From: Dendrobates tinctorius
Taxonomy: Eukaryota
DNA: 51,553 bases
Direction of reading: 5' to 3'
Assembly (NCBI RefSeq): GCF_039654945.1
Contig: NW_027361819.1
Location: forward strand, 1,624,448 to 1,676,000
Shown here: positions 24,836 to 38,022 of the stretch, piece after piece
Position numbering within the stretch: position 1 is the first letter of the stretch
Layout: each line of letters starts with the position of its first letter
The notes under the pieces: generated by a model
What the model saw: the letters and a program-made list of their open reading frames with translations, nothing else
Told to the model about the DNA's origin: nothing
Databases searched by the model: none
Made by a program: the position numbers and the translations under genes

Positions 24836-25159
24836 CTAGTTTAAAGCTCTCCTTACAAGTGTAGCAAGGCGACTTCCAAATACATGCTTTCCAGTCTTCG
24901 TAAGGTGCACCCCATCTCTAGCAAGTAGTCCATCGTATAAGTAGTTCACTCCGTGATCCAGAAATCCAAATCGTTGCTGACGGCACCATCGACGTAGCCA
25001 GTTGTTCACCTGCAGAATCTTATTCCACCTCCTTGTTCCATGGCCATCCACTGGGAGGATGGAAGAGAAGACCACCTGCGCTCCCAGTTCTTTCACTTTC
25101 TTGCCTAAGTCTTCAAAGTCTCTGCAGATGGTTTCCAGGTCGTTTCTTACGGTGTCATT
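24836..25159 (-). pseudogene. CR1 ORF1 C-terminal fragment (SGNH-esterase-like domain)
   Basis: TNDT...VVFSSILPV...NNWLRRWC...FGFLDHG...DGVHL...RRALN, typical of the CR1 ORF1 esterase domain. Confidence 0.85.
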
Positions 25160-25539
25160 TGTGATCACTGAATGTGAGGAATCACCGCATCCAATACATT
25201 GTACAGGTGAAATTTATCTTGCGGAAGCTCGCGTCTCTGCAAAATAGACTTACTGTGGTCTGGAAAGACACACCGCATGTCCGTCTCCGCAGGTAGCCAC
25301 AGGTATCGGTGCACGCTTAGCGGGTATAGGATTTCTTGAAATCCCATCCACTATGCTGTAACATCTGGACGATGTGGATGTACGCAGTGTCTAACCCGCA
25401 GCGTTTACTGACCGTGTGCCCCTACCCTAAGTGCTTTCTTCCTAAATATGGATCAGCATTCAGCAGTGATCACAACCAAGGAGCTGTAGGGGTTAATGAT
25501 CCTGCACAGACTCTCCGCCTTCCTACTGAGAGGAAACTC

Positions 25540-25555
25540 TTTCACTTTCAGTTCC
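25540..25555 (+). promoter_or_regulatory. ISRE/IRF-E-like motif upstream of TRIM copy B
   Basis: TTTCACTTTCAGTTCC (reverse complement GGAACTGAAAGTGAAA, matching GAAANNGAAA) about 20-30 nt before the ATG. Confidence 0.55.
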
Positions 25556-25571
25556 TGCTCTTCCCACTACA

Positions 25572-27116
25572 ATGGTGTCTGCGGAGCTGAGGAATGAGCT
25601 GAACTGCTCCATCTGCCTGAGCCTCTATACAGATCCCGTATCCCTGAGATGTGGACACAACTTCTGCCGCTCGTGTATTGTGAGTGTGCTGGATGCCCAG
25701 GAGGCGGCTGGAGGGTATTCCTGTCCTGACTGCAGAGCAGAATATCCGGAGCGTCCGGCCCCGGAGAAGAACCGAAAGCTGGAGAACATAGTGGAGCGTT
25801 TCTCATCTACTCAGCCTGATATGGAGGAGACCAGGATCTTCTGTGCTTACTGTACAAAGTCTCCTGTACTGGCTGTAAGGACATGTCTACAGTGTGAGAC
25901 CTCTCTATGTGACGACCACCTGACAGCTCACAACAAGACAATGGATCATATATTAATAGATCCTACATGATCTTTTGGCAGCAAAAAATGTTCCCATCAC
26001 AAGAAGGTTCTGGAATATTACTGCCCGCAGGACGCGCAGGTTGGTGAACACCGAGGACACCAGGTGGAACTTCTAGATGAGGCTTCTGAGAAGAAGAAAA
26101 AGGAACTGAGGAGATATCTGGATGAACTAAACCCACAAAAAGTAGAAATTCAGACAAGAGTCCAGAATCTGCAAGATCATAAAGAAAATATCCAGGAGAA
26201 AGCCTCCGATAAGAGGAAGAACATCAGTAAGATATTTATGGACATTAAGGAGCAACTGGAAATGGCAGAAAAGAAAGCGCTGAGCGAGGTCTCCAGGCAG
26301 GAGGAGAAGATTATGTCCCAGATATCTGATCTGATCAAGAAACTGGAAATACAGGAGGACGAGCTGTCCAGGAAGATGCGTCACGTGGAGGAGATGTGTG
26401 GTGTCACCGACCCAATAAGACTCTTACAAGAAAGTGACATTACAGTATGTAGTCATGGAGGTGATGAGGACATAGGAGGAGATGGTGGAGAGGTCAGTTC
26501 TGAGGAGGATCTGGATGAGGTTCTGATCTCACTGACCTTACACCGATCTATGAGTGATATTGTCACCACTGTAACATCAGAGCTCGGGGTCCATGTCCCA
26601 GACATATTGCTGGATGTGGACACTGCTTACGAATGTATGAAGGTATCAGAAGATCTGAAAACAGCAACAATATCAGAAGAAAAACAGGAAATGCCAGAAT
26701 CACCAGAGAGATTTGTGGATTACTCCCAGGTGTTAAGCAGATGTGGCCTCTCCTCAGGACGACATTACTGGGAGGTAGAGTGGGACCAGATGGGAGACTG
26801 TGCCATCGGATTGTCCTATCCCAGTATAGAAAAGGATGGCGATAAGTCTGCTATTGATTCTAATGATAAATCCTGGTGTTTGGATGTGAATAATGAAGAA
26901 TATAATGTATGGCACAACTCAGTTGTATTAACCATCAGTGTAAAGCCAACATGTCCAACACTTGGGGTCTTCTTAGACTATGAGGCCGGGCGTCTGTCCT
27001 TCTATGAGCTGTGTGACCCCATCAGACACTTACACACCTTCACCGCCTCCTTCACTGAACCCCTACATGTTATCATCTATGTGAGTGATGGAGCCTCTGT
27101 TACAATAAGAAGCTGA
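25572..27116 (+). pseudogene. TRIM copy B, disrupted
   Basis: AGA>TGA nonsense at codon 133 (25968-25970), plus a net 24-nt in-frame deletion at about 26037 removing the CLCVSCC core of B-box2. Remainder co-linear with copy C (1545 vs 1569 nt). Confidence 0.9.
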
Positions 27117-27419
27117 GGCCGATGTCGTCCTCGTCACATTATAATGACATTATTCCTTGTCACATGGACACATCTGTATATAGTGAGTTATCAGCGGGAC
27201 CCTCTAATAATACAATGTATATGGCGGAGTCATGGGGGGATTGTTCCTATTGTTTTTTCCTCTTCCCTGTAGAAGAGGAAGAATCAATGATTGAGCAGAA
27301 TGTAAAACTGAATCACTGAATTGTTGTGACACTGATAATTGTTCAGTAAAGGGTTAATCCTGGTATATAGCTGGGATATGTCAGCACTCTCTTACTCCTG
27401 GGACCCCAACCGATCCTAA

Positions 27420-27729
27420 GGCTGAGTGCAGACGGACTTTTTGGCCCTGCGGATTTTTCCGTGCAGAATGGAAGAAATCCGCAGGTCAAATGACCCGCAT
27501 TTTTCCTACGGATTTCTTCCATTTTTCATGCCGTTTTCTTGTGGTTTTTGTGCCGTAACATGCTGTGGATTTTGTACCACGGAAAAATCCGCAGCGTCTG
27601 CACAATGTTTTTTTTTTTTTTTTCCATTGATTTTAAGGCTACTGTACATCACAATGCAGATATGCAACGTTTCTAAGCGGTAAAATCCGCTGCGGAACCG
27701 CTTCAAATCTGCATGGTGTGCACACAGCC
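27420..27729. mobile_element. MITE in the 3' UTR region of TRIM B (paralog 39897-40208; absent after copy A)
   Basis: Termini GGCTGAGTGCAGAC and GTGTGCACACAGCC. Empty site CCGATCCTGAGACTAAAG at about 4593-4610. Confidence 0.8.
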
Positions 27730-30700
27730 TTCGACTAAAGGGGCTGCAGCATTAATTCAGCCTCCTGCACATCGGAGCTCTGGACTCCCCCGATGCAGGA
27801 GCTGCAGTACGGCCGCAGTGGATGGGGGGCACATCGGGGGTCCGGAGCTCCACACTAAATCAGCACTGTGGCTCCTCCATTCTCGGGGTCTGTGGGGTCC
27901 GCACCAGTCAGACACTGATGGTATACTCTAGCTATATACCACCATGTGAAATGTCCTGTAATCTCCCGATGTCTCCAGCAGTGTTACAGGACCCCGGTGA
28001 CGTCTGATCTGTGTGATCTGATCGCCCGGACTGTGGAGGATGATGGGAGTTGTGGTCTCCGTTGTGTATTTTTTATTAGATCTTCTCAGAATTATATGAA
28101 ATTAAATAAAGATTTCCTTTAATCCCACCAGAAACATCTCATATATAGGAGGAGGTGTGATCAGTAATCAGGGGACGAGGGCAGGGACCCCAGTGATCCT
28201 GAGATCGGGGGTCCTGTGTGCGCTCAGCCGCTTCTCTATCCCCCTGTATCTCTGTAGTCACTAAGGCGCCGTACACACAGCAGAGCCGGATACACGGAGG
28301 CCGCACAGGCTCTGGTGGGGTCCTATGTGCAGAGATCCCCCATAGATGCAATGTGTGCTATATCCAGACTGCAGACAGATCATCATGGCGCCGCGGGCTC
28401 TGAGCTTCACACTGGTTCTGTGTTCTGGTGGTTCTCTGTTGGGGGATGTTCACACCACTTCTTTTTCAGTCGGGTTTGGAGCCGGTTCACTTCTGAAAAT
28501 TGCCTTAAAAAGTGCTGAGAAAATGCTGCGTAGAATGGACGTATTTCTGCTGTGTGAACACGACGCGCGTCACGTGCTCAGGAATTTCCGGCTCTTGGGT
28601 TGGGTGAGGGCTTATTGTTTTCCGCCTTGAGGTGACTTTTGAATTGATGCCATTTTGGGGCAGATTCGATGTTTTGATCGTCTGTTGCACATTATTGCGG
28701 AAACCAAACAATGTGTAATTCTGGGAATTTGATTTTTTTTTTTTCTCTCCTTACACTGTTTAATTCTTTAATCAGTCATGAAGGGGTTAAATGGCCTCTA
28801 TCAGCGCAGAACAACTGTTCACACCAAGTCCGGGCGCTCGGGGCATCATGGCGGCCAATCATTTATAGTGAACCCTCCCACCTGCTTGTTTTCCCGCTAT
28901 CTCCGCCCCTTCTACTTTGATTGACAGTTCTGACTTCATAGTGCTGAGAAGGACGGAGATAGATGGGAAGCTGCACGGAGCTGGCTGGCCGCCATGATGG
29001 AGCCTGGGCTTGGTGTGAACAGTCGTTCGGTGCTGACAGTCGCCCTTTAGTGTTACATTTACATGGTAATACGGTAACCAAGGTAACCAGGTGACTTCTC
29101 TAAGGTAACAGGGTGAATGGTAACCCATAGCAACCAGCACAGGGTAGTCTCGGAGAGCCCTGAAGAGAACCATGGTAGGTGGCATCACACCTGGTGTCAG
29201 GAGGAGGATGGCGGCTCATTTCCATCTCTTGCGATGAGGTTTTCTTCCATGTATCTGACAGATTCACAGACATTTCCTCATATCGATGGTGTAATTGTGT
29301 GTTCAGAGCTGATAAATGGCGCGGCCGGCTGTGTGTTATGTGCAGGAAGAGGCGGTTGTGACCCCTCACACAACAGCTGAGACGCCATTTCAGGAGCAGA
29401 ATCCTGGTCGGCCATTTTGTAGCTGTGCTCGGTGTAACGGAGGCTTTATGGTCAGTGACAGAAATGATCTCTGAGGAGACAGTTTGTGTAGGACGGAGGC
29501 CGGCCGCCATATTACAGGGTTTCCAGAATTCTGTGTCACTAATCGCTTTATGTGAAGGCGCTGGAGACCCCGGCTGTACGGAGCGCGGGCAGCCATGCTG
29601 GATCTCCACAGGGAGATGAGCGCACCAGGGTGACACAGACGTCTGACATCGATGACCTATGTGAGGAAAGTTAGGGCCGCACACCCTTAGTGTTAATGTA
29701 CAGGTGACCAATACACGGCGTGGCCACAACTTCCTGTCAGCGGAGCTGTGTGACGGCTGTGTCTGCTGGGACAAGCTGTGGTTTCCATTGGTGTCTTTCT
29801 GGGGTACATGGGACTGTGTCATCACCTTATATTAACCCTGTAGAGGCCAAAATAACAAAAAACAGCAATTTCCGCCCGTTTTTGTTGCAGATTTTTCTCC
29901 AGTCACGGTAACACAAATCCTACATACTAGATAAAGAAAAGACCTGATTGGGGTAAAAATCAGTCACTTGGATTATATTTAATAAATAACCATAAAAACC
30001 CATAACATCGACACCAATAACCAGTTATCACATAAATATAAAAGACCCAAGGGCTGGGCGATGTTCCCACAGGCCGCGCTCCGACGAGACGTGGCCCTCA
30101 GGACCCCACAGCCCCTTTCATCATGGCCTGAAAATCTAAATGAGAGATATCTAGAGCGATGCCGGACAGACGTCCCCGATCTCTTCTGTGTGACCCCGGA
30201 GTGAGAAAACCATCAACCAGAACCATACAGCTTTCTAATGCTTTGTTATTCCTTTTCCTTATTTTTTCCATGAATAAAAACCCTTTTTTGACCAAATTAT
30301 TCTGGGGATTTTTCTCAGAAAAGGCGAAACAAGTAAAAGGAAAAACTCCACTTTAATGAGCTTTTTATAGTGTAGAAAAGCTTTGATTCGGCCGTTTTTT
30401 ACCTGCATTTTTTTAGTCTCCACATAGAAGACGAGAGAAAAAAAAAAGCACCAAAACCGCACAGTGCAGCAGCGTCTTTAGACCACAGGGGGCGCCGCTC
30501 TCATGAAATCACACTCACTTTGCTGGAACTGCAGAATTTCCGTGCAAAAAAAGCAAAAACGCATCAAATATGGGAGAAAACGCATAAAAGAAACTCGGCA
30601 AACACGCAGTAATCAGAGGAGATTGTTATTGCGCTGTGTGGTGCAGACACCTGCAGAAAAAACGCGGCATTTACGCTACGGTGTGAACACGGCCTCAGCA

Positions 30701-33700
30701 TTACACTTTTATTACATTTTTAATGGTTTTTATAGAGAAAAAATATCAATCGCAGCATATGTTTTACACCATTTACCGATTTCTGTGAATAATCTGATCG
30801 CTGTGTTGTGCTAGTCGTTACAGGGACACCATATATATCCATGTTATTGGCTGATTCCTGATGTCTATTATTTAAAAAAAATGATAATTAAAACTGACAT
30901 TATTGTAATTGTTTTTCATTTGTTTTAGTAATTTTATAGGAAGAAAACAAATCTCTTTTATTCTCCGTCTACAGTACAGAGACATAGAGAGACACTGCTA
31001 TGTCCAGATGTATCTCTATGTAATCAGCCTGTAGAGTCTGAGCCTGCAATACAGATCACGTATAAAAACAATTATCCCAGGGACATCACCAGAGCCTGTG
31101 GTGCAGTAGCTTTAGCTGTTGCCGGTAATGTTGAAGGTTGTGTATTTGAGACCTTGGAAGACTCACAAAAATAGAATTATTTTTTATAACTGCTTTTTAT
31201 TATTTTTTTGTAGTTTTATTAAACAAAAAAAATCTGACTTTTTCTTCCCCTCTGTATAGAAATACAAATACAGTGCTGTATATAATGTACATGTATAATC
31301 TGCTTCTAGGGTCACTTCCTGCAGTATATTCTCTTGAATGTATCATCATTGGTTTTGGCTCCTAGCTAGAGCTGCTGCCTGAGAACATGGAGATTTGAGT
31401 TGGAGTCCCGGGGAGACCCGATCACAGGAAAGGAGAACAAGTGTTAGGCCGGGGTCACACTTGCGAGAAACTCGCACAAGTCTCACGTCTCAATCGCCGG
31501 CAATCGGACCGGAGCACTCAACTACATGCAGCCGCACACTCCAGTCCTGAGTGCCGGGTATTGAGACTCGTGTGTATTTCTCGCAAGTGTGACCCCGGCC
31601 TTAATGTTATAATTTAATTTACGTCAGTGCAGTGAGATTATACCCCCCATCCCGATGAGGAGGAGCTACATAGCAACTAGAAGAATGGAGAGAGGGTGAG
31701 TAATAGAAGCGGGGACAAAAGCCCAGACATGGTGGGACTAAGCGCCCAGATCGTGACAGTCCCGCTGAATCCGGTACGGTTGGGAGCTATGTTGTTGCGC
31801 ATTACAAACACCCAGGGTCGGTATTTCTCATTTGTGTCTCTTCTATTCAGCATTGAACGTTCCCGTAGCAGTTTTGCACCTTTGTCTCATTATTGGGCCA
31901 TGTTCAGTATTTGGTCAGTATTTTACATCAGTATTTGTAGCCACAATCAGGAATAGAAAAGTCTAATAGAAACTTGTCACCACTTCTGGATTTATCACCC
32001 ACTCCTGGTTTTGGCCACAAATACTGATGTAAAATACTAACCGTGTGAACGAGGCCTTAGGGTGAACATAAATTGGTTGTAAGTGAAGGTAATGTTTTGA
32101 TTCCGGTATTTCTATCACCATAGCAAGTTATAAAGGGGCAGCAGCCGATTATTGTGAAGTAACAGATAAAACCTAAGATGGAAACAACATGAACATATCC
32201 GCTGCTATAAGTAAGTAAAAAGCAATAATGCAAATAAATAACACGGGGGGCTCGGTAATCAGTGTTAATGATGACACCAGCGACAAGGTGCAACCAGTCG
32301 GGACGGTCCTAACTTCTAGTATTAACACCTTACATGTGAGCACTACGTATAATGGCGTTACGCATAATGGCCAGTGTGAACATGCACCTACATGTTGCCT
32401 CTATGCCAACTTATACTCCAGCTCATTTCTTTTGGTTTTTATAGTGAAGTAACATACTAACTCCACTGATAGAGAACTTAAAGGGGTTGTCCAGAATTGG
32501 GCCACATTCACATGATGAGATTTAGATTTTGGGGATAGGTTTAGCGTTGGGGCGATGGTTAGTTTTTTTCCACAAATAAATGCAAGTCATATCGAAGAAA
32601 TTTTCCCTCTATCATGACGTACAATATGTCACAATAAAACTCAGAGTCACCGGGATCTGTTGAAGCGTTCCAGAGTTATTACCTCATAAAGGGACAGTGG
32701 TCAGAATTGCAAAAATTGGCCCGGTCATTAAGGTCAAAATTGGTTCTAAGGGGTTAAAGGGATCCTGTCACCCCCCCAGGGCGTTTTTAAATGAAGAGCC
32801 ACCTTCAGCAGCACTAAGGCCGCATTCTGTGAAGGTGGCTCTTATGTTTCTGATCCCTAGTAATGCCGAAATATAGACTTTTTTAAATTCCCCACCATAC
32901 CTCTTGTGTGTCCGGGAGGTATGTTTTCTCCCCCGGTGTCCAGCGTCTTAGAGCCGTCCATCATCCCCCTCTTGCGTTGTTGCGCCGCCTCCTCAGCGGT
33001 AGTGGAAATGTGAGAAGTCATATATGTCTTTGTTGTAATCTCTGCAGCTGAGTCCTGGCTGGAGAAGTTGTCATGTTGGTCTGGGCCAGATGGAAAAGAC
33101 GGTAAAAGTGAATGTTTCCTTTAGAAAGAACGTCAGCTGTAAGTCACCATCTATAACTGTACTGTAATCTGCTATATGTTCTGCAGAAGTGGTATCTACC
33201 CCACCATGTGGCGGTAATAACAGTGTTTTTTCTTTTTATAGAGATTAATTTTCAGTAATGCAATGATTGACGGCTGAGGTTCCCTTATGCCTAGGGCCGG
33301 CATTAGGAGTAGCCAGACCAGACAGCTGCCTAGGGCCCCCACTCCTCTAGGGGCCCTAGCCAGTGACCGCTATGGGACCCGTGAGTAAGAGGGGCCCGGT
33401 GCTGCCCCCTTCCCCCGCATTCAACTTATCAGCATAATAGATGCTGATACTGTTGAAAGCAGTGATGGAGGAGAGAGCATCACATGACACTCCTCCCATA
33501 ACTCCACCTCTGCCTCAGTGTGTGCCAGCAGGGGAGCTGAGACGCTCTGCAGAGTGTAGAAGCCATGCAGGGGGAAACGAGTATACTGTCTGTGTGAATG
33601 CATTCTAGTTTGTGTGTGTCTGCTGCACTATACTGTGTGTAGGAGCTGCATTATACTGTGTGTGGGGCTGCATTAAACTCTGAGGGGACTGCATTATACT

Positions 33701-36700
33701 CTGAAGGCGCTGCATTTTACTGTGTGTGTGGGGCTGCACTATAATGTGTGTCTGTTTGTGGGGGAGCTGAATTATACTGTGTGTGTTTGTGGGGGGGCTG
33801 AATTATATTGTGTGTAGGGTGGCTGCATTATACTTACTTTGTGGGGCTACTTTATACTTTGAGGGGGATGCCTTATACTGTGTGTAGAGCTGCACTATAT
33901 TCTGGGGGGCTGCATTATACAGTGCGTGGGGGGCTGCATCAAACTGTGTTTGTAGGGGTGCATTATACTATGTGTGTAGGGGGGGTGCATTAAACTCTGT
34001 GGGGGCTGTAATGTAAGCAGGAACATGGGATGCAGTGACGGGCAGGAGGCAAAGCAAGGGTTAACAGGTATATTATCAGGGAATACTCCATGCAGGGAGG
34101 CAATGGATTAAACGGTAAAAACAGTACAGTTAGCAACGGATATGGTGAGGTGAAGAAATAACGGTTCAAATACTGGCAGTTTTGATGAGTCAATGATTCC
34201 TAAGTCCATGAAATGGATAGCACTGACAACAGCTGGTGCGGTATCTTTTCCAGAAAGGTCCTGTGGGCATCATTGCCCCATCTTCTGGTGGCAGCGGTCG
34301 GTCTCCGGTACCTTCCGCTGAGCCCTAGTCCATATACTGATGTGGCCGGAGGAGTGTTGGCCACGGCACTGTCTGAGCCCGATGTGGCCCCTGCACAACT
34401 CTTCTCACAGTCTCTGTCAGCGGTGGCGGTCGTGGTGCTTGGGTGTGGGCCTACGCTGTACGGATGCTCTGGGACTGAAGCACTCACTGGTCCCTGCTGT
34501 AGTGTCTGACAAGGGTACGTGCCACAGTCCTGTACGAGCCCAACGTGGCTCGGCATATATTTACTGGCACAGTCAGAGTGCAAGTGTCTGTCCTGTCCCC
34601 GGTCACTCTTATGGGCATGTGTGTTGTACTCATGGACATGGAACATTCTCCGCTTTGCTTTCTGGTAGTCACTGGCACACTGCACCTCTCTCTGTAGTCA
34701 CCAGGCACACACTGCATGTTCCTCTCCCTCTCTGGTCTGCTGCTCATGCTGGACACACAGATCCCTGTCCTTCAGGTCTGCTGCAGCAAGCCTGGCCCTT
34801 CTCTGTGCTGCGGCCCCTCTGCAGGTGGTGGGGCCTGTCACAGCGCTGGTACTCTCTGGAGGGATGGGACATGGCGCTCCTCTTTCTGTGTGCTGCCCCA
34901 GTTTCGCACCAAAACTCCCTTGCTTTGTGCGCTTTTCCTCACTCTCTCTTCGCCTCCCCAGGTCAGCAGAAAGGTCCGCCTCTCTCGGCCTTCACCCAGG
35001 CAACAGGGGAAGGTCCGGCACACTAAGGCTTCCCCCCCGGAAACTGGGGATGCAGCCTCAACATTTCTGGACCCGGCATGCAGGTACCCGCGGTCCGGTC
35101 GTCCCCCTTACAGTATTATACTCTGAGGGGGCTGCATTGTACTCTCAAGGGGCTGCATTACACTCTATGAGGGGACTACATTATACTCTGAGGGAGCTGC
35201 AGTATAATCTGCGGGAGGCTGCATTATACTCTGTGAGGGGGGCTGCATTATACTCTGTGAGGGGTCTGCGATATACTATATGGGACCTGCATTATACTGT
35301 TTCGAGGACTATCTGTACCCATCATTCTTCCTCACCAGTGTAAAGAGGCAGGGAAACAAGTGTCGAATGACTTAAATATTGTCGATCACACTCATTTAGT
35401 GGCCTGAACTCAGCGCATGTAAATACAGCATAAATATTTCTTTGTGATAGTGCACGATGTGAGCATTTGGGGCCCCACTTTAAACTTTTGCCCAGAGCCC
35501 TACTTTGTCTAAAAGCGGCCCTACCTATGCCAACAATTAGGGTGCCCCACCATCATTTTAATCAGGGTTATTTAGAGGCCCAGTCAGATGTTTTGCCCTC
35601 CCTGAGCTAAACCCCTAGCCATGCCTTTGCTCAGAAGAGAACACTTTTCTGCACACCTAAAAAGACAGACACTGCCAGATCACAGGCCAGACGGCATCCA
35701 CAGTGCCTCCTTCTGCCTCATTATAGGGAATCTTCCGCCAGGGGTTCTCACTGAATCATGTATTTTCATAGATTTACATGGAAACCCCGGTGTAAGTGCT
35801 CAATGCAGAGCGCAGGATAAATGTGCACCGAGCCTTACTGAGATCTTTAGGAGGCAGAATGAAAAAATCAACAGCAGGTGAAGAGTTGGTTTTATTTATT
35901 TTAATGCCATTCCTTGCGCAGTATAAGTGATTAGATAACTTTCTTCTTTGGGTCAGTATGATTACAGCAATACTAAATTTATATAGTTTTTTTATGTTTT
36001 GGTGCTTGTATACATTAAAAACAATTTTATATGAAAAATTTTTTGCATCGCTTTATTCTGAGAGCTATAGCTTTTTTATGTTTTAGCTAACAGCTATATG
36101 GCAGCTTGTTTTTTGAGGGACAAAACGATATTTTCAGCTATACCATTTCAATTTCCATTCGACTTTTTTATCGCGTTTTATTCCACTTTTAGTTCCGCAG
36201 TATGATGATAAAAAAGTGGCAAATAAACGATGCTTTATTTTTTTTTCGGTATTCATGGAAAGGATTAACCAGTAGGGCAGTTTTATAGGTTGGGTCGTTA
36301 TGGACGTGGCAATACAAAATTTTTTTTTTGTATAAATATTGTATGTGCATTTATTGGTAGAAATTTTTTTTTTTTTTGGTTATTTTGTGATTTTGTTTTT
36401 TCAAATATTTTTACAATTATTTTTACTTGGTTCCTCTATAGGACTTTTTTTTACTCTGATCACTGGTATAGCACACTGCAATGCATTATACCCGTGAAAG
36501 CTGCACAGAGAGAAGCCACTTGGACCATGCTCCTAACATGGCCTAACAGGCTTGGTATAGCTGGCTGAACTTGAGGTCGTGGCAGCGATTGGGCCCTGGT
36601 GATGACATCATGGGGACGCCGGTCAAAAGGAAGAGGGAGTCACCTTCCTTTCCCAGCCATCTAAGTGCGGGCAATGCTCCTGGCAATGACAGCCAGGTTC

Positions 36701-37524
36701 CGTTTTAACTTAAAGAAGTTGTCCTTTAGTTGGACAACACTTTTCATCCCCCACGCTTGGCCCCGATAAAATAAAGCCTACACTCCCCTCTCGTGCCGGC
36801 GCTGTTCCCGTGGTGTCAGCACTCGTTCTCCCCGAAACTCCCATGCTGTTGTTGTGACACGTGACCCAGGCACCCAATCCACGCTGGCGTTACTGTCCTC
36901 GCCTCCTGTCGAATTGAACATGAAGAAGTCAGAGATCAGCTACAGCCCGGACTTCATCATGCTCAATTTGCCCGAAGGCAGAGACAGCTTGGTGCCCAAT
37001 CAGCGCAGGCATCACTAACTTGTCACAAGACCACTCGATAGTCCCAGGACCATGAGTGCCGACACCACTGGAAATGCATCGGCATGGTAGGTGAGTATAG
37101 GCTTTTTTATTTTATCGGGGCCAAATATTTTCTTCAGTAAAGTGTTGTCCTTGTAGTGGACAACCCCTTTAAGTTGAGCTCCTGGTGGCAACCACGGGGG
37201 GCACATCTCCTGTGTCTCCGCACAATTGCCATGACATCAAAAGGCCTGAAGGGGATAACTGTCCAAACTCCTGCCTGCTGTGGGTCTGTGCAATTTTGGT
37301 GCATTTTTTTTTGACTAGCCTTAAAAAAACATGAAACATACAGGGAAAAACTGTAATTGAAAGATTTACACCTGTTCTGTGTTTTGGAGTTGCTACTTGT
37401 TTTGGAACAGAAATACTGATAAAATTCTGATTAAAAATACTAATGTGTGACTGAGGCCTAATATGATCAGGTGGAGTCACTACAACTCCTAATCCCACAC
37501 CAGATCCTCATGGCTGATCAGTAA

Positions 37525-37878
37525 GGGGATGTGCAGACGATCAGTAATCGGCAGCGCTTTGGACGCAGCTCATGTCCGCTGCCGGCTATAGAACGCAGGT
37601 GAATCCCCATGTGATCACTGAACCGTGAGGAATCACCGCGTCCAATACATTGTACAGGTGAAATTTATCTTGCGGAGGCTCGCGTCTCTGCAAAATAGAC
37701 TTACTGTGGTCTGGAAAGACACACCGCATGTCCGTCTCCGCGGGTAGCCACAGGTATCGGTGCACGCTTAGCGGGCATAGGATTTCTTGAAATCCCATCC
37801 ACTATGCTGTAACATCTGGACGATGTGGATGTACGCAGTGTCTAACCCGCAGCGTTTACTGACCGTGTGCCCCTACCC
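37525..37878. mobile_element. MITE upstream of TRIM C (paralog 21757-25427 is split by the CR1; absent upstream of A)
   Basis: TAA on both sides. Imperfect TIRs GGGGATGTGCAGACGATCAGTAA and TTACTGACCGTGTGCCCCTACCC. Confidence 0.75.
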
Positions 37879-37990
37879 TAAGTGCTTTCTTCCTAAATAT
37901 GGATCAGCATTCAGCAGTGATCACAACCAAGGAGCTGTAGGGGTTAATGATCCTGCACTGACTCTCTGCCTTCCTACTGAGAGGAAACTC

Positions 37991-38006
37991 TTTCACTTTC
38001 AGTTCC
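37991..38006 (+). promoter_or_regulatory. ISRE/IRF-E-like motif upstream of TRIM copy C
   Basis: TTTCACTTTCAGTTCC, identical to the copy B site. Confidence 0.55.
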
Positions 38007-38022
38007 TGCTCTTCCCACTACA

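Larger units (their letters stand above)
21850..25159 (-). mobile_element. CR1 LINE, 5'-truncated within ORF1
   Basis: 3' tail ATTCTACG-ATTCTATG-ATTCTATG (CR1 octamer). 8-bp TSD TGTGATCA (21842-21849 and 25160-25167). Empty site at about 37610. Confidence 0.95.

Noticed and set aside
26064-27116. 350-aa ORF as an independent gene
   Set aside because: It is the C-terminal part of disrupted TRIM B. The listed start is an internal GTG (Val) codon.
14191-37617. Assembly artefact explanation for the near-identical units
   Set aside because: Units differ by TSD-bounded insertions, an inversion, deletions and many substitutions. It cannot be fully excluded without reads.
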